Shown one piece after another: positions 1-7,120 of a stretch of 33,657 bases of DNA (position 1 is its first letter; each line of letters starts with the position of its first letter). The DNA comes from Bacilli bacterium (GTDB lineage Bacteria; Bacillota_I; Bacilli_A; RF39; UBA660). The notes beneath the pieces were generated by a model. It was not told the origin of the DNA and searched no databases. It saw only the letters and a list, made by a program, of their open reading frames with translations. The translations under genes and the position numbers were made by a program. The DNA lies in contig JAVXGE010000001.1 of assembly GCA_036657555.1 (NCBI GenBank), positions 1 to 33,657 on the forward strand, written 5' to 3'.

Positions 1-82
1 AACTTGAGACATTTTCAAAAGTTAATACTTAAGACATTATCATAAATTAATCATACAATATATAAGGCCAATTCAATTTTTA

Positions 83-111
83 TTGTATAAATTTTCATTA
101 TTTGATATAAT
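83..111 (+). promoter_or_regulatory. Candidate sigma-A promoter of the 138..1085 bicistron
   Basis: -35-like TTGTAT (83-88), 17-nt spacer, extended -10 TGaTATAAT (103-111), about 25 nt upstream of the SD AGGAGG (125-130). Confidence 0.4.
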
Positions 112-137
112 TAAGTTGAATAATAGGAGGTGTAATT

Positions 138-665
138 ATGAATAAAGCAAATGTTTTTGATTTTTCAAAATGGTTTTTAGATAATAACCTTGATACACCT
201 AGAGATACTTTTAAAGGAAATATGAAACTTCAAAAATTATTATTTTTTGCTCAATTAATCAGTTTGGCAAAGAATGATGAATTATTATTTGATGATACTT
301 TTTGTGCGTTTGAAAATGGTATGGTATTAGAAGATATAAGGCTTAAATATAAAAATAATCTTAATGAATTATTAGAATACCACGCAAAAGATTTAACTCA
401 AAAAGAAAAAGAAGTATTAGAATTAACAAAAAATATATATGGAAATGAAAATGCTGATGCATTGTCAAAAATGTCTCATCAATTTGATTTTTGGACAAAA
501 TATTTTGAATCATCAACTGATAAAAATAATTTTAAAAATAAAGATAAGGCAAAGGTTCCTAATGAAGAATTAAAAAAAGAGTTATATGTGATTAAGGATG
601 TTCTAGATGCTTATGAAATCATGAATTCTGATGAATACAAAAATGTAGAAGATATGGATTACTGA
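138..665 (+). CDS. Panacea / DUF4065-domain protein (SocA/GepA/PanA-like putative antitoxin)
   Basis: 175-aa ORF with SD AGGAGG 7 nt upstream of the ATG. The protein carries the DUF4065 core by eye: GNMKLQKLLFFAQLISLAKNDELLFDDTFCAFENGMVLEDIRLKY. The C-terminal region is variable and acidic. Confidence 0.85.
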   Translation: MNKANVFDFSKWFLDNNLDTPRDTFKGNMKLQKLLFFAQLISLAKNDELLFDDTFCAFENGMVLEDIRLKYKNNLNELLEYHAKDLTQKEKEVLELTKNIYGNENADALSKMSHQFDFWTKYFESSTDKNNFKNKDKAKVPNEELKKELYVIKDVLDAYEIMNSDEYKNVEDMDY

Positions 666-668
666 TTT

Positions 669-1085
669 ATGGTCGATATTGGTATGTTGTTGTATTTTAT
701 TCCACCATATTTTGCCAGTGGATGTAAAAATACAAAAAGAAAAAAAAGATTAATGCTCGTCATTGACAAATGCATGCAAGACAATACTTTGTTATTGATA
801 AATATATCTAAAGTTGCTGGAAAACCAAATTGTTTCACATATCCATTTAATGTTTTAATTAGGAAATACAATCCGCCTTTACCAAGATTATCTTTTGCAA
901 AAATTAACGATAACTATATTGTGGACAATTTTCAAGGGCTAAATGATTATTTGTATAAAAGTGGACAAAAATTGGCTGTCGGAGAATTAGCAAATATTAC
1001 ACAAAGATACAACAACTATAAAAGTAAAAATAAAATTGAATTAATATCATTGACTAAAGCAGAATTCATGACAATAAATATATAA
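669..1085 (+). CDS. Hypothetical 138-aa protein with no recognisable family; candidate toxin/effector partner of the Panacea protein
   Basis: The ATG lies 3 nt after the TGA stop of the upstream gene and has no SD of its own, which suggests translational coupling. The reading frame is open for 417 nt in AT-rich DNA. The N-terminal ~60 aa is rich in Cys/Pro/aromatics and has a basic patch KNTKRKKR. G/C-ending codons are more frequent than in neighbouring genes. Coding status is not proven. Confidence 0.5.
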   Translation: MVDIGMLLYFIPPYFASGCKNTKRKKRLMLVIDKCMQDNTLLLINISKVAGKPNCFTYPFNVLIRKYNPPLPRLSFAKINDNYIVDNFQGLNDYLYKSGQKLAVGELANITQRYNNYKSKNKIELISLTKAEFMTINI

Positions 1086-1136
1086 AGTGCCTTATTATTT
1101 TTGGCCTATAAAATCATTATGGTAAGGGGTGTCATA

Positions 1137-1223
1137 ATGAAAGATGCAGTTCTAAACAAAGTTATCGAAATGGTTTGCAATGATTATTATTTAATAAAAA
1201 AAAGACTAAACTTTAATTCTTAG
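1137..1223 (+). CDS. Possible 28-aa small ORF (MKDAVLNKVIEMVCNDYYLIKKRLNFNS)
   Basis: Not in the ORF track because it is too short. A strong SD AAGGGG lies 7 nt upstream of ATG 1137. The stop TAG (1221-1223) sits inside the terminator hairpin. No homology recognised. Confidence 0.25.
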   Translation: MKDAVLNKVIEMVCNDYYLIKKRLNFNS

Positions 1224-1227
1224 TCTT
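1202..1227. terminator. Bidirectional intrinsic terminator between the TA-like module and the convergent ferredoxin operon
   Basis: 8-bp stem AAGACTAA (1202-1209) / TTAGTCTT (1220-1227). An A-run lies upstream and T-rich sequence downstream, so the minus-strand reading gives the stem followed by TTTTTTTT. Confidence 0.6.
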
Positions 1228-1710
1228 TTCTTTATTAATTAATTTCAACAAAGCTTCTACTTTTTCTTTTGGAAAATCAGCCGAAGCATTAGTTAATAAA
1301 TCCTTTAAAAAAGCGTTAACATTTTCACTTTGTGGAATCATAAAACCTGCTTCACGATAAATATCTTCAGCCATAATATGATTTGATTTAGCAATAGCTT
1401 TTGCTAAGATTTTTAAATTGTTATTATCTTCATTTTTTAAAACATTTAAAGCTATAGCTTCTTGTTCAATTTTGCTTTTAGCTAATGAACGCATTAAGGT
1501 GGTTATTTTTTCACTTTTTTCTAGTTCCTTAGGATATATTTTAGGAACCATTGTTATTGCATGTGAAGGACAAGCCTGCACACATTTCCCACAACCAATA
1601 CATTTGTCCTTATCAATAACACCATTTTCAGTATCAGCCGCTCCGTTAGGACAAACAAATAGACATAAACAATCTTTAGTACATAATTTAATATTTCTAA
1701 CCGCGTACAT
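1213..1710 (-). CDS. 4Fe-4S dicluster ferredoxin-domain protein with a ~110-aa helical C-terminal extension
   Basis: The N-terminus has one canonical CxxCxxCxxxCP motif (CIGCGKCVQACP) plus an atypical Cx3CxCx3CP (CTKDCLCLFVCP). Its SD AAGGAG lies in the last codons of the upstream gene, with a 2-nt gap to it. Confidence 0.8.
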   Translation of the reverse strand: MYAVRNIKLCTKDCLCLFVCPNGAADTENGVIDKDKCIGCGKCVQACPSHAITMVPKIYPKELEKSEKITTLMRSLAKSKIEQEAIALNVLKNEDNNNLKILAKAIAKSNHIMAEDIYREAGFMIPQSENVNAFLKDLLTNASADFPKEKVEALLKLINKEKTKN

Positions 1711-1712
1711 AC

Positions 1713-2375
1713 TTATGCTCCTTTCACTTGTAATATTTTTAAACTTGGTACTTTACATATAGGACAAACAGAAGGAACATCATCTCCTATATAAATAAAA
1801 CCACATATATCACATACATAAACATTAGTATTTTCTAAAAAAGATGACCCTTCTTTTTGAAATCGTTCCATTAAAGACTTTAACATAATTGTAGTTTTCT
1901 CACCCCAAGTAATAGCCCGTAAGGTTGCCCGATCATTATTTTCTAGGCATAATTCTTTAAGACGAGAATAATCTTTTTCTAAATTAATATTTACTTTTTC
2001 CAACAAATCATCATAGTTTTTATTTTCATTTAAGTTTCTTTTACTATCAAAATAATTTGCTAAATCATTAAATAAATTACTTTCTTCATCTAAATATTGT
2101 TTTTCACAACCTTTAGCTAAATTAGAACATATAGCCCCTAATTCACCGTAAGAAATCTCTCTTAATTCTTCATCATTTTCAGTAGGAATTACAACTTCCT
2201 TAACCGTTTCTTTTATTTCCTCAAAAGTATCTTTAGGAACTCCACAAATAGGACATTTCCAATCATTAGGTAAATCACTCCATTTTGTTCCTGGAGCAAT
2301 ACCTTTTTCAGGAATTCCTTTTTCTTCATCATATATATATCCACATATAGGACATTTGTATTTTTTCACAAACAT
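1713..2375 (-). CDS. Rubredoxin-domain / rubrerythrin-like protein (N-terminal rubredoxin, central helical domain, C-terminal rubredoxin-like CxxC..CxxC)
   Basis: N-terminus KCPICGYIY...[10 protein letters not shown] (rubredoxin); C-terminus [11 protein letters not shown]...CPICKVP (rubrerythrin-type C-terminus). I place the start at ATG 2375 ([12 protein letters not shown]) with SD AGAAAGAAGG, not at the ORF-track start of 2408. Confidence 0.8.
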   Translation of the reverse strand: MFVKKYKCPICGYIYDEEKGIPEKGIAPGTKWSDLPNDWKCPICGVPKDTFEEIKETVKEVVIPTENDEELREISYGELGAICSNLAKGCEKQYLDEESNLFNDLANYFDSKRNLNENKNYDDLLEKVNINLEKDYSRLKELCLENNDRATLRAITWGEKTTIMLKSLMERFQKEGSSFLENTNVYVCDICGFIYIGDDVPSVCPICKVPSLKILQVKGA

Positions 2376-2470
2376 ACGCCTTCTTTCTATAATTAAATTA
2401 TAGCACATTTATCATCTTTTGAATTAAAAAAATAATTACCGTGTTATAATATAAATGTAAGGAGTTTTTT

Positions 2471-3328
2471 ATGAAAAAATTATTATTAATTGTTAAAGGT
2501 TTTATTATGGGTATTGCTAATGTTATACCTGGAGTTAGCGGGGGGACCTTAGCTATTATTTTAGGAATATATGAGCAATTTATTAGTTCAATTAGCCATT
2601 TCTTTTCTAACTTTAAAGAAAACATAAGATTCTTAATTCCACTTTTTATTGGCCTAGGCCTAGCTATTATTACAATGAGTGGCGTTATTGATTACTCATT
2701 TACACATTTTCCAATTCCAACCACCATGTTTTTTGTCGGATTAGTAATAGGAGGAATCCCACTATTATACAATAAAGTTAAAGGAAAAAAGACTAATAAA
2801 GTAACCAGCTTATTAATAGCTTTATTTACTTTTTCATTAGTTATTTTTGTTGCTTTAGCCGATAAAATATTTGGTCACAGTCTTGCCGTAAACCTAACAT
2901 CTTTAAACCTAACCGGCTATATAACTTTATTTGTTGTTGGTGTTGTCGCAGCAGCAACAATGGTTGTCCCAGGTATTAGCGGTTCTTTAGTTTTAATGTT
3001 ATTAGGTTATTATTACCCTATTTTAGCTTTAATTAAAAGCATCATTCATTTTGAAAATCTAACAACTAATTTATTAGTAGCTACCGTTTTTGGACTTGGC
3101 GTTATTTTAGGTATTGTTCTTGTTTCTAAATTAATTGAATACTTATTTAAAAAGTATGAAGTAAAAACCTATTATGGGGTTTTAGGCTTTATTTTTGCAT
3201 CAATTATTGCAATTCCTATTTCAACTTTTAGTACAATAACAATATCAGCTGACATTTTAAATATTGTAATAGGTTGTTTTGTTTTAGGAATAGGTATGGT
3301 TATATCATATCAGTTAGGTAAAAAATAG
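2471..3328 (+). CDS. DUF368-family polytopic membrane protein (PopT-type polyprenyl-phosphate transporter candidate)
   Basis: Hallmark N-terminal motif GIANVIPGVSGGTLAIILGIYE with an internal repeat VPGISGSLVLMLLGYY; multiple TM segments; SD AAGGAG. Confidence 0.85.
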   Translation: MKKLLLIVKGFIMGIANVIPGVSGGTLAIILGIYEQFISSISHFFSNFKENIRFLIPLFIGLGLAIITMSGVIDYSFTHFPIPTTMFFVGLVIGGIPLLYNKVKGKKTNKVTSLLIALFTFSLVIFVALADKIFGHSLAVNLTSLNLTGYITLFVVGVVAAATMVVPGISGSLVLMLLGYYYPILALIKSIIHFENLTTNLLVATVFGLGVILGIVLVSKLIEYLFKKYEVKTYYGVLGFIFASIIAIPISTFSTITISADILNIVIGCFVLGIGMVISYQLGKK

Positions 3329-3420
3329 ATAAACTCTATTTTTTTTAAAAATAAAAGTTTTCAAGCTTTCACGTTTACTTTATCTAAAAAAAATGTTAAA
3401 ATTAATACAAGGTGATAGGT

Positions 3421-4513
3421 ATGGAAGATAGTGACTTATTAAATATATATAAGAATTATCAAAAAAAAATAACTGAATTATTGGTGTTACTTTGAAGTCG
3501 CTAAAAAAGAAGAAAAAATTAAACAATTAGAAATCATAATGAATGAATCTAATTTTTGGAATGATAGCTCTTTTGCTAATCACATTATTGAAGAAGTAAA
3601 TAGTTTAAAAAAGACCATTAAAAATTTTATCGAATTAAATAATAAAATAACTAGTAATTTGGATTTAATTAATTATCTAGATGATGAAATAAAAACTTTA
3701 TTAGAAAATGATATAGTTTTAATTGATAAAAGTTTAGAAGAATTAGAAATAGCCGTTTTATTAAATGGTAATTATGATAAATATAATGCCGTTTTAGAAA
3801 TACACCCCGGTGCGGGGGGAACTGAAAGCTGTGATTGGGCCAATATGTTATACCGGATGTACACAAAATGGTGCAATAATAAAAATTATAAATATGAAAT
3901 TATTGAAGAACAAAAAGGTGAAGAAGCAGGCATTAAAAGTGTTACCATGATTATATATGGCATGAATGTTTTTGGATATTTAAAAAATGAAAAAGGCGTT
4001 CATCGCTTAGTAAGAATAAGCCCTTTTGATACTAATGCAAGAAGGCACACATCATTTGCTTCTGTTGACGTCACCCCTTATATTGCTAATAGTGAAATTG
4101 AAGTTGATATTAAACCTAATGATTTAAAAATAGATGTTTATAGGAGTACTGGTGCCGGTGGTCAAAGTGTCAATACCACTGATAGTGCTGTTAGAATAAC
4201 CCATTTACCAACTAAAACCGTTGTTACATGTCAAAATGAAAGAAGTCAAATTCAAAATAAAGAAAAAGCTTTAGAAATTTTAAAAAACAAATTATATCAA
4301 TTAGAAATAGAAAAAAAAGAACAAGCCTTAAAAAATTTAAAAGGTCAACCAAGTGATATTAATTTTGGCTCTCAAATAAGAAGCTATGTTATGCATCCTT
4401 ATAGTATGGTTAAAGATCATCGAACGAACGTTGAAACAAGTAATGTTTCAAAAGTTCTAGACGGCGATATTGATATGTTTATTACAGCTAATTTAAAAAG
4501 GACGGTGAAATAA
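3421..4513 (+). CDS. prfB: Peptide chain release factor 2, requiring a programmed +1 ribosomal frameshift
   Basis: ATG 3421 (SD AAGGTGA) opens a 24-codon frame ending CTT TGA (3490-3495). The +1 frame (GAA at 3494) is continuous with ORF 3539..4513. RF2 motifs SPF (RISPFD) and GGQ (GAGGQSVN) are present. Confidence 0.9.
3484..3496 (+). other. prfB +1 frameshift site (internal SD-like GGTG, slippery CTT, in-frame TGA)
   Basis: The sequence tt GGTG tta CTT TGA a is the same architecture as the autoregulatory RF2 site conserved in bacteria. Confidence 0.85.
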
Positions 4514-5350
4514 ATGAAAATATATAGTTCTAAATTAATGAAAGCAGCCCTTTTCTTAGCCGGTTCTTTACTAAGTGCTTTAGCCTTTAACTTATTTTTA
4601 TTACCAAATAATATTGTCACAGGCTTTAGCGGAATAGCCGTTATTTTAAATAACTTGTTTGGCTTAAGACCTTCACTTATTTTATTAATTATGTATATCA
4701 TTATTTTAATCTTAAGCTTTATTTTAGTCGGCAAAGAAAAAACTAAAAATTCTATTGTTGGTTCCTTTTTATTCCCATTATTTATCGAAGCAACAGCCTA
4801 TATGACACCATATATAGATTTGAACAATATCGAACCAATCGTTATGATATTGTGTGGAGCCGTCATGAGTGGAGTGGGATTAGGACTAGTATATAAAGTC
4901 GGTTATACAACTGGCGGCAGTGATGTTTTAAATCAAATATTAAGCATCAAACTAAAAAAACCAATGGGAGCATGTACCGTTATATCTAACATCTTTATTA
5001 TTTTAGGTGGGTTATTTTTCTTTGGTTTTGCAAGTGCCATATATTCCATTATCGTTATAGCCGTAATGAGTGTTGTCATCGACAAAGTAATGATTGGTAT
5101 ATCTCAGTCTAAATCATTTTATGTTATAACCGAACATGAAACAACCGTTAAAAAGTTTTTATTAAGTAAATTAAGTCATGGTGTAACCATTATTCCTGCA
5201 CGAGGAGGATATACCGGTAATGAATTAAAACTTATCATGTGCATTATTCCTACCAAAGAATATGTAACAGTTAAAGAAGGCATTTTAGCAATTGATGATA
5301 ATGCAATGATATTAGTTTCTGATGTTTATGAAATAGTAGGAGGAAAGTAA
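4514..5350 (+). CDS. YitT-family membrane protein (C-terminal DUF2179-like domain)
   Basis: The ATG abuts the prfB stop. The N-terminal half is multi-TM with TTGGSDVLNQIL, and the soluble C-terminal domain is typical of YitT/YpjC-type proteins. Confidence 0.75.
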   Translation: MKIYSSKLMKAALFLAGSLLSALAFNLFLLPNNIVTGFSGIAVILNNLFGLRPSLILLIMYIIILILSFILVGKEKTKNSIVGSFLFPLFIEATAYMTPYIDLNNIEPIVMILCGAVMSGVGLGLVYKVGYTTGGSDVLNQILSIKLKKPMGACTVISNIFIILGGLFFFGFASAIYSIIVIAVMSVVIDKVMIGISQSKSFYVITEHETTVKKFLLSKLSHGVTIIPARGGYTGNELKLIMCIIPTKEYVTVKEGILAIDDNAMILVSDVYEIVGGK

Positions 5351-5352
5351 AA

Positions 5353-6048
5353 ATGGATTTAATACAAGCTAAAAATGTAAAAAAAACCTATAAAACTGGT
5401 GTTACCGCCGTTTTTGACATCACTTTAAACATTAAAAAAGGTGAATTTGTTTTTATTATTGGTTCAACCGGTTGTGGGAAATCAACATTAATTAAAATGT
5501 TCTACCGCGAAGAAAAACCAACCAGTGGTTCAATCAACATTGGTGGAATTGAAGTAAGCAAATTAAAAAACCGTAAAGTTTATAAAATAAGAAGAAAAAT
5601 CGGAGTCGTTTTTCAAGACTTTAAATTATTACCTAAAGCCACCGTTTATGAAAATGTAGCCTTTGCTTTAGAAATATTTGGTTTACCAAACTCCGAAATT
5701 CACCTTAAAGTTTTAAAAGCTTTAGAACTAGTTGGTTTAAAAAATAAAGCTAAAAGTTATCCCAACCAATTATCCGGTGGCGAACAACAAAGAGTTGCTA
5801 TAGCTAGAGCCATTGTAAATGGTCCCAAACTTATCATTTGTGATGAACCAACCGGTAACTTAGATGAAGTAACAAGTATGGATATTATGCGTGTTTTAGA
5901 AGAAATTAACAAACTAGGAACCACCGTTATTATGGTTACCCATGATACAGAAATAGTCAATAAAATGAAAAAAAGAGTCATTTTATTAGACGCTGGAAGA
6001 ATTGTAAAAGATTACAAAGAAGGGGAGTATGTACATGTCGGGGCTTAG
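5353..6048 (+). CDS. ftsE: Cell-division ABC ATPase FtsE
   Basis: Walker A GSTGCGKST, ABC signature LSGGEQQRV and Walker B LIICDEPTGNLD; it sits immediately upstream of ftsX. Confidence 0.9.
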   Translation: MDLIQAKNVKKTYKTGVTAVFDITLNIKKGEFVFIIGSTGCGKSTLIKMFYREEKPTSGSINIGGIEVSKLKNRKVYKIRRKIGVVFQDFKLLPKATVYENVAFALEIFGLPNSEIHLKVLKALELVGLKNKAKSYPNQLSGGEQQRVAIARAIVNGPKLIICDEPTGNLDEVTSMDIMRVLEEINKLGTTVIMVTHDTEIVNKMKKRVILLDAGRIVKDYKEGEYVHVGA

Positions 6049-6937
6049 AATATTAGGACGTGATGTTCGGGATTCCTTTAAAAGTGTTTTTCGTAATTTC
6101 TCTCTTTCCTTAGCCAGTATTATCTGTATTGTTATAACCTTAATTGTCGTATCAATAGCCATTATTCTTTCCTTTAATGTCAATAATTTTACGACGGAAG
6201 TAGAAAAAGATATGACAATTGTTGCCTTTTTAAATAAAGATGTCAGTTTAGAAAGAATTGAAAAAATTAAAGATGAAATTAATGTTTTAAACAATATTGA
6301 AAGCTTTATTTTTAAAGATAAAATGGATATATCTAAAGAAATGATGGCTGGTAGTGAAGACTATAAACTGGTTTTAGAAAAATATACAACTAGAGAAACA
6401 AACCCTTTATCGGATACCTTCCATATTAAAGTAACCAACGTTGAAGCTATGGAAAGTGTTGCTAAAGAAATTAGTAAAATTAAAGATATAACCAGCGTTA
6501 AATACGGCGAAGGAATGGTTAAACAATTAGTTTCCGTATTTGATACCGTTAGAACCGTTAGTATTGGTGTTGTTATAGCTTTAGTCATCGTAACCGCTTT
6601 CTTAATTGCTAATACAATTAAAATAACTATTTTTTCACGCAAAAGAGAAATTGAAATTATGCGTTTAGTAGGAGCCTCTAACTTAAACATTAAAATACCT
6701 TTTATATTTGAAGGATTATTTTTAGGATTAATAGGATCTGTACTACCCGTATTATTAACTATAATTGGTTATAATGCTTTATATACAAAATTTAATGGTC
6801 AAGTAATATCACCATTTATTCAGTTAATACCACCCCTTCCTTTTAGCTACCTTGTATCCTTAGTACTAGTATTAATCGGTATCATTGTTGGTATGTTTGG
6901 AAGTTGGCGTGCTGTTAGAAAATATTTAAAAATATAA
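6035..6937 (+). CDS. ftsX: Cell-division permease-like protein FtsX
   Basis: N-terminal TM segment, extracellular domain and a C-terminal 3-TM FtsX fold. I place the start at ATG 6035 (MSGLRILGRD), 7 nt after SD AGGGGAG; the ORF-track ATG at 6029 is too close to the SD. Overlaps the ftsE end. Confidence 0.85.
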   Translation: MSGLRILGRDVRDSFKSVFRNFSLSLASIICIVITLIVVSIAIILSFNVNNFTTEVEKDMTIVAFLNKDVSLERIEKIKDEINVLNNIESFIFKDKMDISKEMMAGSEDYKLVLEKYTTRETNPLSDTFHIKVTNVEAMESVAKEISKIKDITSVKYGEGMVKQLVSVFDTVRTVSIGVVIALVIVTAFLIANTIKITIFSRKREIEIMRLVGASNLNIKIPFIFEGLFLGLIGSVLPVLLTIIGYNALYTKFNGQVISPFIQLIPPLPFSYLVSLVLVLIGIIVGMFGSWRAVRKYLKI

Positions 6938-7004
6938 TAATATCTTTAAATTAGGATGGAGATTATACTAAAAAAGATTCAAAATTAAGTGTGAATTTTA
7001 AAAA

Positions 7005-7030
7005 TAAAACGACAGATTTCTGTCGTTTTT
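7005..7030. terminator. Bidirectional intrinsic terminator between ftsX and the convergent lipoprotein gene
   Basis: Stem ACGACAG (7009-7015) / CTGTCGT (7020-7026), loop ATTT, flanked by an A-run (5') and a T-run (3'). Confidence 0.7.
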
Positions 7031-7120
7031 AAGTATCATAATTATAAATAAAATAAATTTTAATCTTTCTACATAATTTATAAAGTCTTTTGTTAGAAAA
7101 ACTATTTTTTCATAAAAAAC

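Noticed and set aside
2-38. Direct repeat ACTTGAGACATT (2-13) / ACTTAAGACATT (27-38), 11 of 12 identical, 25 nt apart
   Set aside because: It lies at the very edge of the window, about 45 nt upstream of the -35 of the Panacea-module promoter. Without the upstream sequence I cannot tell whether it belongs to this promoter, to an upstream gene's terminator region or to a longer repeat. It is too short to interpret.
659-871. 70-aa minus-strand ORF overlapping the 5' part of ORF 669..1085
   Set aside because: It has no SD and a hydrophobic, low-complexity translation typical of the antisense of AT-rich coding DNA. It would also run head-on into the Panacea gene stop. I kept the plus-strand ORF as the more likely gene. 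However, this overlap is one reason the coding confidence for 669..1085 is only 0.5.
1418-1762. 114-aa plus-strand ORF inside the ferredoxin gene
   Set aside because: This is a shadow ORF antisense to a CDS with clear Fe-S motifs. It has no SD and no recognisable domain.
2376-2625. ORF-track start at 2408 for the rubredoxin-domain gene, and the 75-aa minus-strand ORF 2398..2625
   Set aside because: The extra 11 codons ([11 protein letters not shown]) precede the SD AGAAAGAAGG, which serves ATG 2375. ORF 2398..2625 is antisense to the well-supported DUF368 gene and its promoter region.
3669-4734. Minus-strand ORFs 3669..3866 and 4417..4734
   Set aside because: They are antisense shadows of prfB and the YitT-family gene. 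Their translations are low-complexity and rich in Lys/Ile/Phe.
5757-6690. Minus-strand ORFs 5757..5981, 5986..6294 and 6361..6690, and the ftsX start at 6029
   Set aside because: All three are antisense to ftsE/ftsX, which have unambiguous motifs. ATG 6029 sits only 1-2 nt after the SD, so ATG 6035 is preferred.
6938-7004. Tiny ORF ATGGAGATTATACTAAAAAAGATTCAAAATTAA (MEIILKKIQN) after ftsX, with a GGA-type SD
   Set aside because: At ten codons in AT-rich intergenic DNA just before a terminator, it cannot be told apart from chance.
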